DNA of 64,000 nt, taken from contig NW_014577092.1 in assembly GCF_000485595.1 (NCBI RefSeq), positions 191,952 to 255,951 of the forward strand. Reading direction: 5' to 3'. Made by a program: the position numbers and the translations under genes. This document shows, one piece after another, positions 39,011 through 53,865 of this stretch; position 1 is the stretch's first letter; every line of letters starts with the position of its first letter. The stretch is from Priapulus caudatus (lineage: Eukaryota). The notes beneath the pieces were generated by a model. The model saw only the letters and a list, made by a program, of their open reading frames with translations. It was not told where the DNA came from and ran no database searches.

Positions 39011-40301
39011 CCAACACCACACTTACGCACCCACCACCACAACCAGATCACCGCACCCACCTACCACTCACCACATCACGACAACCCACCACACCCAAAG
39101 CAAGCAGCAGCACAGCAGGCACCAACCACACCACCAGGTAACCCAATCGACCACCCGAATACAGCCACCAACGAAACTACCAACCACCACCACGGCACCA
39201 CCACTCACCCACCACACGACCTCCACCACCACGACCAACAACAACAACAACAACAACGAACAACGAACACCAACACAACACCACCACCACCACCACCCAG
39301 CCATTACCACCAGCATGCATCACCACCGATCATCCAAACATTGCTGGCGCCAACCGCCACATGCGTCTATGTTGACTATCTTCTGTATCTCTGTGCGATA
39401 GAATTTTTTTACATTGTGCCGAGAGAAGGCGGGCCATTGTTCTTCGACGGCGACGTGAAATGACTGCCGTGAACTCATGGCTAGCAGTGCACTTCCTGCT
39501 GTCTCCGCTAGCACAATGACCCGGGCCGCTCTCTACTGCAGCGATTAGCTACAATCGTAGGGCTAAGCACTATCTTACAATGCCTCTCACGATGTCTAGT
39601 GATATCTGCAATTTCGCCGCTTCGAACATTATGGCTTTCCTGCTAAGGAATGCAAAGCGAGTCCCCGGGTGAAGTTGGTAGGATGGTGAGCACCATATTA
39701 GAGTCATTTAGGACGAGGGTACATCTATCGTATGCAGACGAGAAGCGTAGCGTCTTCCTTCTGTTGCGACCAATACAGAGAATCCTCGTCTATTTCATTC
39801 GAATGTATTGTCTATTTGCCAGCCGCACGGAATAAAGCGGGCGTTTCATTGAAAGTCACAACCGAAAATTTTATGATTTTTACGTTGGGATGTAAAGATT
39901 CAGTGATGTATGTATGATGTTTTGTCGTGGAATAAACGTGCTAATACTGCAGTGCGCGTCAACGTTACTATTTCCGACACAACATTGTTCAGCTGAACCG
40001 TTACTTCGTAATAGAAAACGCAATGGAATAAAAGCGGATAGCATCCATGTATATATATATATGTATATATATATAAATANNNNNNNNNNGAGAGAAAGAG
40101 AGAGAGAGAGAGCGCGCGAGAGAGAGCGATGGACAAAGAGAAAGAGAGAGAGAGAGAGAAAGAAAGAGAGAGAAAGAGAGATCGTTCAGGAAAGGGGATT
40201 GTTCACATTATTATAACATCACTCACTTTATCTGGGTCATATTATCATGAGTGCACGAATAAAGAGAGAGAGAGAAAAGAGAGAGAGAGAGAGAGAGCGA
40301 G

Positions 40302-40362
<61 letters not shown>

Positions 40363-41380
40363 CAGTACATCTCCGTTGCATTCATGTTCTCCTAACATCA
40401 TCGCACGCTCAGTCATGACGCAGCCTCATTAACGTGCACATCATTAAAAAAAGCTCCACGGCGAGGCGCACACAACATGCGCGCCATCTAATGACTCCAT
40501 TCGATGGTCTCGGGTTCCTTCCCGCAGAAGGTATTACTTCCAGAAGGTATCTATCGCCGCTCACGTCTACACGAGCAAGTCTCACCGCGGCTCACTGTGA
40601 GGAATCCACCCCTTTGCGTCACGATCGTAGACTCACGCCAAGGGTACCCGCTCGCTGGTTCACGAGTCGTTATCGACGACTTAAATTGCGGGATTATATT
40701 GCGGGAGTCAGTCTATTACTCGCGCAAAACACGGGTGAAAATACATGAACTTGCTGGGCAGCTGTGTTGCGCGCTGGACGAGCACGTGTGAAAGTCGTCA
40801 GCAGATGGCGCTGTGTAACAGCTGGATTAAATTGAAGTCGTAGGAGGGCTACGATGTTGTAAGGAATTAAATCGGCTGGAAACGGGCGGCCTTGCTCCGT
40901 GCATGTAGGCGACACGTGTACTGACGCGACCCCAGACGCCTGCTACACATGCTCGAATTAATCCCGGCAAACAGCAGACAAATGTTCGGAATGTCATGTA
41001 ACTTCGATGCGGCTTGGCGGGCTTGCGAGCAGAGAGCTGAGAGTCTGCCACGAATGCTACCACGCAAGCCTCCTTACGTCATTCTCATTACCACCCATTA
41101 CCCACCTACCGACTACCAATACCGCTTACTCACCCGTGCACTTACCCACGCTAGCTAAATAGTCATAATAGTTAATTACGTTAAGGCAATCTTTATTTTT
41201 TTTCAGAAGTTTTCGTTGATGATATATTTTAACATCAAAACGTGTTTAGCAATAACTTTTTTTATGCATTGGGTTGGATTACGTTAGATTGTGTTGGCGT
41301 GGCTTGTTTTCGTACATAAGGGAGATGAACAACGTTGCGACTTGACATCGACGCATCCTGGCATTTCGCGGTGATACCCA

Positions 41381-41690
41381 CTGCTTCCCGGTACTTCCCG
41401 GTGCTTCCCGGTGCTTCCCGGTAACTCCCATTGCTCCCCGGTGCTTCCCGGTGCTTCGCGGTGGCTCCCCGTGCTCCCCGGTGCTTCCCGGTGCTTCACA
41501 GTGACTCCCAGTGCTTCCCGGTGCTTCCCGGTGACTCCCAGTGCTCCCATTGCTCCCCGGTACTTCCCGGTGCTTCGCGGTGGCTCCCCGTGCTCCCCGG
41601 TGCTTCCCGGTGCTCCCCAGTGCTCCCCGGTGCTTCCCGGTGCTTCCTGATGCTTCCCGGTGCTTCCCGGTGCTTCCCGGTGACTACCAG
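41381..41690. repeat. 10-bp minisatellite (GGTGCTTCCC)n
   Basis: About 30 tandem units; produces spurious HREAPGSTG and PVLPGASR ORFs. Confidence 0.96.
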
Positions 41691-42044
41691 TGATCCGAAG
41701 CGCGTCTGCTGGTTTGTTTATTTTCTTTGCTCCAACTGGCGCTATAGGGTATGGCTTCACAAGCTTCAGGGTCACTGCCTAAAACCTACCTTACCGGTCA
41801 CTGTCCCTACATGCATACGCAATCCCGTATCATTTTCAGTCTTTTGCTGCTGAGTAAACTCACTGGCGGAGCAGAACACGCATCGCTGCCGATAGTGGAG
41901 GAAGATTTACATATATGGCGTCCCTCTCCCGTCTTTCCCGGCCTCTCACGTTCTATCCCGTCCCCTACCGACCTATTTCGTATTTCAATGTTCGATTGTA
42001 AGTCGCAAGCCAATTCTAAATGGATTCTCTCTCCCCTGCTCTTT

Positions 42045-42795
42045 CGTCCTCTTCCATCCTCTCCCATCCTCTCCCGTCTCTCCCGTCATCTTCCGCTCTC
42101 TCCCGTCCACTCCCATTCTCCTGTCATCTCCCGTCATATCCAGTCCTCTCCCGTCTTCTCCTGTCCTCTCCCGTCCTCTCCCGTCCTCCCCCATCTTCTC
42201 CCAGACTCTCCTGTCTCTCCCGTCCTCTCCGGTCGATTCCTATCCATTCTCGTGCTCGCTCGTTCTCTCCCGTCATCTCCCGTCATCTCCAGTATCTCCC
42301 ATCCTCTCCCGTCCACTCCTATCCTCTCCCGTGCTCTCTCGTTCTCTCCCATCCTCTCTCGTCCACTCCTATCCTCTCTCGTGCTCTCTCGTTCTCTCCC
42401 GTCATCTCCCGTCCACTCCTGTCCTCTTCCGTCCACTCCTATCCTCTCCCGTGCTCTCCCGTTCTCTCCCATCGTCTCCCGTCCACTCCTATCCTCTCCC
42501 GTTCTCTCCTGTCCTCTCCCGTCCTCTCCCGTCCTCTCCCGTCGACTCCTATCCTCTCCTGTGCTCTCCCGTTCTCTCCCATCATCTCCCGTCACCTCCC
42601 GTATCTCCCATCCTCTCCCGTCCACTCCTATCCTCTCCCATCCTCTCTCGTCCACTCCTATCCTCTCTCGTTCTCTCTCGTTCTCTCCCATCCTCTCTCG
42701 TCCACTCCTATCCTCTCCCGTGCTCTCCGGTCATCTCCCATCCTCCCCCGCCTTCTCCCATCCTCTCCCATCACCTCCCGTCCTCTCCCCTATCT
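42045..42795. repeat. Pyrimidine-rich 10-bp minisatellite (CGTCCTCTCC)n with higher-order variants
   Basis: Tandem decamers; source of the 572-aa and 294-aa low-complexity ORFs. Confidence 0.95.
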
Positions 42796-43236
42796 CCACG
42801 TCCGACCACACTCCCGTGTTGCCCGGGAGGAGCGATGCGCACCACGGACACCTCAAGTGTTTCGCATCAGGTCGTATCGCGCCGTCGTTTACACTAGCTG
42901 CTGAACTTTCGCCCGCGTTCTCGGCGCCCCGGAGCGCCACTCCATCTACGTTTACGCTCGCAAACGACCCGAAAGAAACCAGAGATGGCTGCGGAACGGG
43001 CGCAGCGCGGCAGCGTTCTGCTTTCACAGATTTTCGCAGTTTACTCTCGGGTGGTGGTAGCGATACGCACCGGCTCTCTCGTACGCGCCGACACGGCGAG
43101 GGGCGAAAGAGTCGCACGCACGCACGAATGCACGCACGCACGCACATGCATAAGTACACGCGCACACGCATGCACACACAAGCACGAACGCACGCATGCA
43201 CACACCCACACACGCAAGCACTCATGCACCCACACA

Positions 43237-43268
<32 letters not shown>

Positions 43269-45632
43269 CCCACACACGCAGGCACGCACCCACATACGAA
43301 CGCACGCACTCATGCACCCACACACGAACGGACGCACTCGCGCGCACACACGCACGCACGCACATACGCACCCACACACGCACGCACGCACCCACACACG
43401 CACATCAAGAGCGGGCTGATCATGGCCTCAATGTTCACGCGTATGCGTGTAATGGGTGACGGTGTGTGAAGGGAGGAAGGGGGCAGAATACATCAAGGAC
43501 GCGCCGCCATTTCTGCGCTAACAAGCGCATTTTCCGCGGGCAGCCCGGCCGCCAAAGAGCGCCGATAATTTGGCAAACAAATTTGGCGAGCGTCATAGAG
43601 AGCGAAATCTGGACGGTCAACACGCCGGGAGCTGGTGTGACTGTGAGCCTCGATAGAGAGCGCTCACACCGGCTCCACACGCATGCACCGCCTTTATAGC
43701 TCACCGTTACCCGATGCTATCAGTCTGCTGATACCACATAGAGAAGTGCAGCAGCAGCAGCACGCAGAGATGCACATAGACACGCGCGTACCGACATAGA
43801 AAAAAAACGACCCCCATATTTGCACAGTAGGGCGAAATCAACCGGAGTTGTTAACTTTTTTGGACGGGAAGGCGGATGCTAGTGGGGTGGGAAATGGAAA
43901 TGGATGTTTGGTACAGCGATAAAGGTAGTGCTGCAGTGGCATGGGGAACGACTGTAATGGAAGCGGGGTGTGGTAGTGGTGGGGTTGGGTGGAAGGTGGT
44001 GTGAGCCGCGTGGCGCGATGAGGGGTGGGGTGCGGTAGGGAATAATAGAGAGTGAAGTTGATTGGGGCTACGGCAGTTACACAAACAAGTCTCAATTAAT
44101 AGCCAGTAATACCAATATTTATCACTATATCAATATAGCCTTAATATAAATAAAAGCATAAATATACTAACTATGGTGGTGGTGGTGCTATCCTCCTGAT
44201 AAAGGCGTCGGTGGGTGGCGGAAGTATGGTTCCTGACATGCGCGCCATTTTAAAAATAGGAATTTATAGGAAATAGGTTGTCATATTCCCCGTACAAGAC
44301 GTGCGGAATCCGTTAATTACACCAAACATGCGCTTATATGCCAAAACATATTGGAACATGTCTATGTGCTTCTCCGGTTTTATCCGTGATAATAGTTACT
44401 TCAATGTTATTATGTGCAATTTTTATTGAAAATACTGATTTAAGTATTTATCAACTATGTGTATGTGTGAAACAGGCACGTTTTCATCAGCAAATAAACA
44501 CTTACTGGCTAGGAAAATACCTTAATTCGCACCGAAAGGATCGAATAAAGCATTCGCCTTCCCCTCTTCGCTACGTATATAGCAGTCTCCGGTTGCGGAC
44601 AGTGGCGCGTACTGGCGTACTCCGGGTTGCCTCAAAAAATCGCCGGGTTTAGAAGAGATAGCAATCGTTTCACACGGCGAGGCATTAAATACAAATTGTT
44701 ATTACTACTAATCCTGGTTAGAAGCGAGGGCAGCGCCATGTAGAGCTAGGATCCGTTCGCTCAGATGCAAACGCATTCATTCTCTCGCCTTAATTCCGGC
44801 TGCTACCGGTGCTGATGTGTATTTACGAGCAATAGCAAAACAGAGCTAACAAGAGGGAGAGCCAGTGGGAGATAGGAAGACAGGGGGAGACAGGAAGCGT
44901 CACACCGAAAGAGAGAGGGGCGGAAAGACAATGAGAGAAATGAGGAGAGAGGGAGCAGGTACAAGTAAGGAGAGGAAAAACAGGGCGCGAAAAATGAACT
45001 GCATTGAGAAAAAAATAGAAAGAGTACGAGAAAAGGTGTTGGTACAGGTGAGGAGAAGAAAAAGAGGGCGCGGAAAGGGAACTGCATTGAGAAAACGAGT
45101 GAACGAGAACGAGAGAGGGGGAGGTGGGAGCATCAGCTGGTAAACATCGGGCACGGCCGGCGGGGGGACGGACAGCGTCTTCCGCTGCCTCCACGGGAGA
45201 CGAGGATGCTTTGACAGCCGCGACCGCCGCAGACGATGAAAAAACTCCCGAACACTATCCGCGACATCGACACTTTCCGCCGCCCCTCTCCATGCACCCC
45301 TCATTCCCGTCTCCTCATAGACACCTTGACACCTCATCTCCTGTTTACGCGCAAATAAGATAGCATGTCCTTTTCTTGCTAGCCGTGTTTTTTCTCTCTC
45401 CTCTTCCCATTCGGGACTAGGCGCAAGGGGAATATGTGCTTGCAGGGGATCCGATATAAACGGGCGAGTTGGAGGAATCAAATCGGCTCAGACGCAGCTT
45501 TCCGCAGCGTAACCCGAGATGACATTTTTTGAGGATTACACGATCGAAGTTTTCGGTCTGGGCGGGGGAGTGAGGAGAGGGAGAGGAGGGTGGTCGAGAG
45601 AGCGAGAGAAGAAAGAGAGAGGGAGAGAGATG

Positions 45633-45687
<55 letters not shown>

Positions 45688-48600
45688 GCGCACACAACAG
45701 CACAACACACACACACACACACACACCACACACACCACACACAACCACACACACACACACACCACCCACAGCACACACACAACACACACACACACAATAA
45801 TATATATATATATATGGAAAGAGAGCGCGCCGCATGCGAGAGATATAGACAGAGTGAAAGACATAATGTCTGCACGCCTTTTAAGGAGTGTACGGGCTGG
45901 CTACTGACACTCAATCAACTCAAACAGAATAGGTAGAGCGGGAGATATTTCACAGAAGTTAAGAGAATCATAGTTTTGACAGTTTAACGGCTTTTCGCGC
46001 GAACTCAGGCGGTACACAATCAGCACGGATTGCGGACAGCTCCCCCCCCCCTGTGTGCGTGTGTGTGTTTCTGTGTGTGTGTGCGTGTGCGTGTGCGTGT
46101 GCGTGGCGGTGCGTGTGCTGTGCTTGAAGCGTGTGCGTGTGGCGTGTGCGTGTGCGTGTGTGCGTGTGTGCGTGTGCGTGTGTGGCGTGTGCGTGCGTGC
46201 GTGCGTGCGTGTGTATGTGTGTGTGTGAGTGTGTGTGGTGTCTCATTCTCCTTCTCCTCGGCTCGCTCCACGTGGGGTATCGAAAAACCGCCTTCACGTG
46301 CTCACACAGCGCGCCGAAATTTGCCAGCGCCAGCTTGAAGCGGATCTTGAGCCGCGCAAACAGCACTTCGCAGCGCGCGACTAAAGCCTCTTCTGTTTTC
46401 ACGGGCGTGCTTCTCGTAAGCCCTCCGCGTTGTACGAACCAACCAGCATCGCCCGCGCGCCGACCAGTGACGCACAATGGTGGCCGCCTCGCGCTTTTAA
46501 CTCGACAAATGGAAATTTTAAGTTTAGACAGCTGCAGCTAAGTCGCAAACAAGATGCATTCAAGTCGAGACAAATACGTTTTTTTTTGGTGCGCTGCGCC
46601 TTTTTTATCTATTTGAAAGCGCGCGGGATAACATTTCAACGAGAAAGTAATTTTGATACTGGCCACAGGCGCGCCGAGTCATTCGACGTGGTTTAACTAG
46701 ATTTTACGTTACCCACGTACGCTGCGATGCTGTGAAATCCCTAAGCTAACAAGGGGTTCGTATTTTCTTCGCGTATGCGGGCGATTCTTTCTAAGCGAAC
46801 TACGCGAATATATAACAAATGTCGCCGCGACATCCATGTAACCGTACACTGGAAAATGAGAGAGAACCAGAGCGGAGAAGAGAGAGAGAGAAGAGAAGAG
46901 AGAGAAGGAGGAGGAGGAGGAGGAGGAGCGGGGCTTGAATGGCGGGTCGGGGCGGTGGGGGACGCCGTGCCTAGATCGGTGAGCTGTCTTAGCACGGAGA
47001 TCAGACAGCGAAACTTAACTCGCCGTCGCGTCATTCTTGCTTCGCAGCGGGATGCACGACAACGCCAATTACCTCCAAGCCTTAGCACTAATCCCGCGAC
47101 ACTACACTCAAAAAAATTGCCTCGCGTCATATAAAATTACTGCTGGGTAATGCTAATGCCTCCATGCTGCTGGCCGGCCCGCTGGCGCTGGCGCGTGGAG
47201 TGTAGCAAGTTGGTGTGGTACACACGTAATGAACTACGAGTGAAACTATGAGTGTGTTCGTACACGCACGCGCAGCGAAGTAACTATTTTGTATCGACAT
47301 AACATGTAAGAGCCGCAGAAATTAGCATGGCCGACATATAAAACAAGAAATAGAATTCTCCCTTATATATATATATAGATATATATATATATAATAGGAG
47401 CATAGCATAAATACATAACATCAGATGAACACGACAAATATAACATATATTATGATACCAAAAATAGATGGGTGTAGCATCAACATCGGACGAAGATAAC
47501 GGGGCGGTATTATTCTACGGAAACCGCCTGAACTTATACAAATGTCTTCGATAAGGTTTAGTTTACGCGTTAGACCATGTTATCCAGCGATCGATGTGCT
47601 TCGCAGGAATCATCTCAAACAATCTTGTTTGGATTACGGACCGAATCGCGTGTCACCGCATGTACGTACAAATCAGCGCGAGTGGGGGAAAAACACCGCC
47701 ACCCCCCGAAATCGAACGTTTTATAGACTATATAGCGGCGGATATTTAAGCGCGCCACCCCCTCCGGAGAATCTGCGCCAAACGCTGATCGCATCTCATA
47801 AACAACGTTGTTTATTGCGGGCCCGCATTCCGTCGCTCTCTACACGGGACTAGCAAATGCAACTTGTTAATGCACTTCACACACTGTCGGACGCGGGGAG
47901 TGAGACGAAGGCGCGGGGCTGGAGTGCGCATCACGTCCGATCCGTTACCGACTTGAAAATATCAAACGCAGACGAAGCAAAGCAAAGCTGACAGCTTTGT
48001 AAACGTCGAAAGACTTAAGATCACTCGACCCACACGTTGGCTACCCGCCGAGAGAGAGAGAGAGGGGGAGGGAGGGAGAGGGGGAGGGAGAGAGGAGAAA
48101 GAGTGCGAATGAGGGGAGGAAACGATAGAGAGCGGGATAGAGCGGGGTTGCGAGAGTGCGCGCGCGCGAGAGAGATGTAAAGGAGAGAGAGCGCGCGACG
48201 CAGATTGACAGAGAGATATAGAAAGAGAAACAGATAGAGAAGAAGGGCTCAAAACAGCTCATGAAAGAGGGACCACACACACACACGCACACGCACACGC
48301 AAACGCACACGCACACGCGCAGATGATAAGGAAGCGAACAAGTGCTGTTACTGTGCTTACCTAAAACTATCCCGCAAAAGCCGCCCTGCCCGGTAGTTTT
48401 ACAACTGCGTGCTGCGCCGCATATCAACATGCGCCGATACCATGCGAACATTGGAAAAAACTGTGTGAAAACCAGGTGTCGTATTCAACTTTTTTGAAGA
48501 ACACATACGAATTTTACAGGTAAATCTTGTAGGTGCCATATGATTCAGGGAGAATGATAAGACGAAAACAAGGTAAAGTTTGAATATATTTATTCTCCAT

Positions 48601-49319
48601 ATTGATAGAATATTTAGCAAGTTGAAGAACTATGCAAAACCGCGCTGTTAAAACGAGGTGTCATAGCTCTTTCTCTATTATGAACTCTTGATGATATTTT
48701 ATATATATAAATATATATATATATATAAGTATAGTATTTTTTGGGGCTCATTCCCACTGGCAATCAAGCTATTTTCGATGACACTCCCAGCTACGATAGA
48801 ATCAAAAACTTTGGGCGCAATGATTCCACACTAATCGGATGTGCCGCAATTTGGCTACATCGCCCTCATCGCCGAGAGGACATATTTAATTATGGTCTAG
48901 TTATACGAAACGTTACGAGTCATTGGCTTACGTTTATTGAAAAAAAAACTCCCCAAGATAAACAATATATCTCGGAGTAAATTGCTTATCGAAACATTAG
49001 TTTAGAGTATTATAGTTTACACGGGTAATTATAGGAAAAAGCAGATTTGAAAAAAAACAGTTAAGTGAAAAAAAAGAACAACAGCATTTGTTTTGTAATC
49101 AATGAGATCAGTGTGATGATGTGAAAATGTGTAAAGCATAACACCACGCGGCATGGCTGTTGGTGGTGGTGAACGTAAACATGAGAACGAAGAAGCATCG
49201 ATTTGATTTGGTGAAATACTTTTTACAAAAGAGCAAGATAACGTTATTCATTAAGACAGGTAAGCCATACTCCTTCTCTCCCTGCTCTGCTTAATTATTA
49301 TATATATATATATATTAAG

Positions 49320-49359
<40 letters not shown>

Positions 49360-49361
49360 AG

Positions 49362-52300
49362 TATAGTAATATTTATGCTTCTATTTATATTAAGGCTATA
49401 TTGATATAGTGATAAATTAATTGGTATTCCTGGCTATTAATTGAGAACTTGTTGTGTAACTGCCGTAGCCCCAAATCAACTATCAGCATCTCTAATTCAT
49501 CCTCGCCTAGGGCGCACCCACCCCTCCATCCGCGCCCCAGCGGTCTCAGCACCACTTCACCCCCCTCGTCACCAACCGCCATACTAAGCTACCGCACACC
49601 ACCGCTTCGCATGTACAGTCGTTCCCCGAGCATGGCCACTGCAAGGCAACTAGCGCTTTATCGCTGTATCCAAACATCCATTTCGCCTTTCCCACCCCAC
49701 TAGGCATCCCGCCTTCCGGGCGTCCAAAAAAGTTAACAACTCCACGGGTTGACTTTCGCCCTAACTGTGGGGCAAATATGGGGGTCGTTTTTTTTCATAG
49801 TCGGTCGCGCGTGTACATATGTGATCTCTGCGTGCTGCTGGGCTGCTCACTTCTCTATGTGGTATGCACAGACTAGATAGCATCGGGTAAACGTAGCTAT
49901 AAAGCGCGGTGCACCTGCGTGTGGAGCCGGTGGAGGCGATCTCTATCGAGCTCACAAGTCACACCCACGCTCCCGCGCTGTCTGACCGTCCAGATTTCGC
50001 CTCTCTATGACTCTCGCGCAAATTGTTTGGGCGCAAATTTATCGCAGCTGCTTTGGCGGCCGCTGCCCGCGGAATGCCGCATTGTTAGCCCGCAGAAATG
50101 GCGGCGCGTCTTGATGTATTACTGCCCCTTCTCCCTTCACACCAAGACGTCACGCCATTACACCGCATACGCGTGAACATTGAGGCCATGGATCAGGCCG
50201 ACCCGCATCTGAATGTGCGTGTCGTGGGTGCGTGGCGCTCGCGTGTGTGGGTGCGTATGTGCGTGCGTGCGTGTGTGCGCGCAGAGGTGCGTGCGTGATC
50301 GTCGGTGGTGCTGAGTGGCGTGCGTTCGTATGTGGGTGGGCGTGCCTGCGTGTGTGGGTGCGTGCGTGCGTGCGTGGCGTGCGGTGCGTGCGTGTGTGGG
50401 TGCATGAGTGCTTGCGTGTGTGGCGTTGTGCATGCGTGCGTTCCCGTGCTTGTGTTCGTGCATGCGTGTGCGCGTCGTACTTATGGCATGTGCGTGCTCG
50501 CGTGCATTCGTCGCGTGCGTGCGAACTACTTTCGCCCCCTCGCCGTGTCGGCGCGTAACGAGAGAGCCGGTGCGTATGCGCTACCCACCACCCGAGAGTA
50601 AACTGCGAAAATCTTGAAAGCAGAAACGCTGCCCCGCGCTGCGGCCCAGTTCCGCAGACCATCTCTGGTTATCTATTCGGGTCGTTTGGGCGAGCGTAAA
50701 CGTAAGATGGAGTTGGCGCTTCACGGGGCGCCGAGAACGCGGCGCGAAAGTTCAGCCAAGCTAGTGTAAACGGAACGCAGCGCGATACGACCTGATGCGA
50801 ACACTTGAGGTGTCCGTGGATGCGCATCGCTCCTTCCGGGCAACAGGGAGTTGGTCGGACGTGGAGATGGGGAGGCAACGGGAGGCTGAAATAGAAGAAG
50901 AGAAGGATGAGAAGAAGGCCGGGGGAGGATGGGAAGATGACCGGAGCGCACGGAGAGGATAGGAGTGGAGGGGGGGGCGAGAAGAGGATGGGAGAGTAAC
51001 GAGAAGAAGAACGAGAGAGGATAGGAGTGACGAGAGAGAGATGGAGAGGATAGGAGTGGAGCGGACGAGGATGGGAGATACGGGAGGTGAGGAGATGATG
51101 GGAAGACGGGAGAGACAGAGAGGATAAGGAGTCGACGGGAGAGGACGGGAGAGGACGGGAGAGGACAGGAAGAACGGGAGAGCCTATAGGAGCTGGACGG
51201 GAGACGATGGGAGAGAACGGGAGAGACACGGGAGAGGCATTAGGATGGACGGAAAGAGGACAGGAAGATGGAAGCGGGAGAATATCACGGGAGAGAACGA
51301 GAGAGGCACGAAGAGGATTAGAGTGGACGGAGAGATGCGACGAGAAGAACGAGAGAGCAACGGGAGAAGGATAGGAGTGGACCCGGGAGAAGGAATGGGA
51401 GATACTGGAGAATGACGGGAGATAGAACGGGAGAAGAACGAGACGAGCAGCGAGAACATAGGATATAGGAATCGACCGGAGAAGGACGGGAGACGAAGGA
51501 GAGTCTGGGAGAAGATGCCGGGGGAAAAGGAATGGGAGAGGACGGGAGAGGACAGGAGAAGACGGGAGAGGACTGGATATGAGCGGGAGATGACAGGAGA
51601 ATGGGAGTGGAGGAGAAGAGCGGAAAGAGACGGGAGAGACAGGAGAGGAGGGAAGAGGATGGAAGAGGACGAAAGAAGCAGGGGGAGAGAGAATGCCATT
51701 AGAATTGGCTTGCGACTTACAATCGAACATTGAAATACGCCAAATAGGTCGTAAGGGGCAGGATACGGGAAAATAGAACGCTGAGAGCCGGGAATAGACG
51801 GGAGAGGGACGCCATATATGTAAATCTTCGCTCACATATCGCAGCGATGCGTGGTTCTGCTCCGCCAGTCGAGTTTACTCCAGGCAGCAAAAGACTGAAA
51901 AATGATACGGATCTGGCGTTATGCATGTAGGAAGGGCGTGACCGTAAGGTAGGTTTTAAGGCAGTGACTCTGAAGCTTGTGAAGACCATAGCGCCTAATG
52001 CGCCCAGTTGGAGCAAAGAAAATAAAACAGAACAAACCAGGCAGACGCGCTCGATTACACTGGTATCACGCAGGGAAGCACCGGGAAAGGCACCGGGAAA
52101 GGGGCCATCAGAAGCACCGCGAAGCACCGGGAGCCACTGGGAGCACCGGGAGGCACCGGGGAGGCACACGGGGAGCCACCGCGAAAGCACGGGAAGTACC
52201 GGGGAGCAAATGTGAGCAACTGGGAGTCAACCGGAAAGCCACACCGGAAGCCACTGGGAGTGGCGCTGTGAAGGGCACGCCGGGAAGCACCGGGAGCTAC

Positions 52301-53865
52301 GGGAAGCCAACCGGAAGGGCAGCCGGGAACACGCGGGGAGGCAACTGGGAGGGTTACCCGCGGAAGGGCACCGGGAACACCGCGGGGGGAAGTACCGGGA
52401 ACAGTGGGTAATCACGCCAGCGAAATGCCAGGAATGCGTCGATGTCAAGTCGCACGTTGTTCATCTCCCTTATGTACGAAAAAACAAGCCACGCCAACAC
52501 AATCTAACTACGTAATCCAACCCAATGCCATAAAAAAAGTTATTGCTAAACACGCACGCAAAGCGTGTTTGATGTTAAAATAACAATCAAACGAAAACCT
52601 TCTGAAAAAAAATAAAGAATTGCACCTTAACGATTAACTATTATGATAATTATAGCTAGCGAGTGGAGTAAGATGCACGGGTGAGATAAAGCGGTATTGT
52701 AGTCGGTAGGAAGCTGGGTAATGGTGGTAAATGAGAATGACGGTAAGGAGGCTTGCGTGTAGCAATTCGTCGCAGACTCTCAGCTCTCTGCTCGCAAGCC
52801 GCGCAAGCCGCATGCGAAGTTACAATGAATCCGAACATTTGTCCTGCTGTATTGCGGGATTTATTCGCAGCATTCGTGTAGCAGGCGTCTGGGGTCGCGT
52901 CAGCTACACGTGTCGCTAACATGGCTACGGAGCAAGGCGCCCGTTTCCAGCCGAAATTTAATTACCTTACAACACTTCGTAGCGCCTCGCTACGACATTC
53001 AATTTCAATCCAGCTGTTACACAGCGCCATCTGCTGAACCGACTTTCAACAGCGTGCTCCCGTCCAGCGCGCAACACAGCTGGGCCCAGCAAAGTTCATC
53101 GGTATTTTCACAGAACCGTGTTTGCGCGACCGTAATAGACTGACTCCCGGCAATAATAATCCGCAATTTAAGTGTACGATAAACCGATCAGTGAACCAGC
53201 AGAGCGGTACCCTTGGCGTGAGTCTACGATCGTGAACGCAAAGGGGTGGATTCTGCCTCACAGTGAGGGCCGCGGTGAGACTTGTCGTGTAGACGCGCAG
53301 CGCGAGTAGATACTTCTTGGAAGGTAATAACTCTGCGACGGAAAAGGAACCCGAGACCATCGATGGAAGATCAATTAGATGGCGACGCATAGTTGTGGCT
53401 CGCTAGCCCTCGCCGTGGAGCTTTTTTTAATGAATGTGCAACGTTAATGAGGCTGCGTCATGACTGAGAGCGTGCGATGATGTTAGGAAGAGCATGAATG
53501 CAAACCGGAAGATGTAAACTGGCTCTCTCGTTCTCTCTTCTTATCTCTCTCTCTCTCTCCTCATCGTCTCTATATCCTCCGCAAAGAACGACAAGAGAAA
53601 CCAGCTTACTCTCTCTTTTATTATTTTCTCGGCTGCATACACACGCCTGTCTCTCGTCTGGCTCATCTCTCTCCTTTTTTCATCTCTGCCAGTCTTTATT
53701 CGTGGGCAAGCTTCAATGATGAATATGACCCAGATAAAGTGAGTGATGGTATAAATAATTTGTGGAACAATCCCCTTTCCTGAAGCGATCTCTCTTTCCT
53801 CTCTCTTTCCTTTCTCTCGCTGAATGTCTGCGCTCTCTCTTTGTACGCATCGCTATTCTCTATTG
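49362..53865 (-). repeat. Noisy inverted copy (~4.5 kb) of 40115-44170
   Basis: Both minisatellites and all unique spacers appear in reverse order and orientation. The copy is longer owing to many insertions. The outer ends of both copies abut N-gaps. Confidence 0.96.

Noticed and set aside
41751..43469. 572-aa ORF, the longest in the track
   Set aside because: It is a translation of a stop-poor pyrimidine minisatellite plus a CA/CG microsatellite, with no domain motifs.
46430..46696. ORF MYEPTSIARAPTSDAQWW... present in three near-identical copies
   Set aside because: The identity reflects the same DNA block being repeated. It starts at a non-ATG codon and shows no coding signature.
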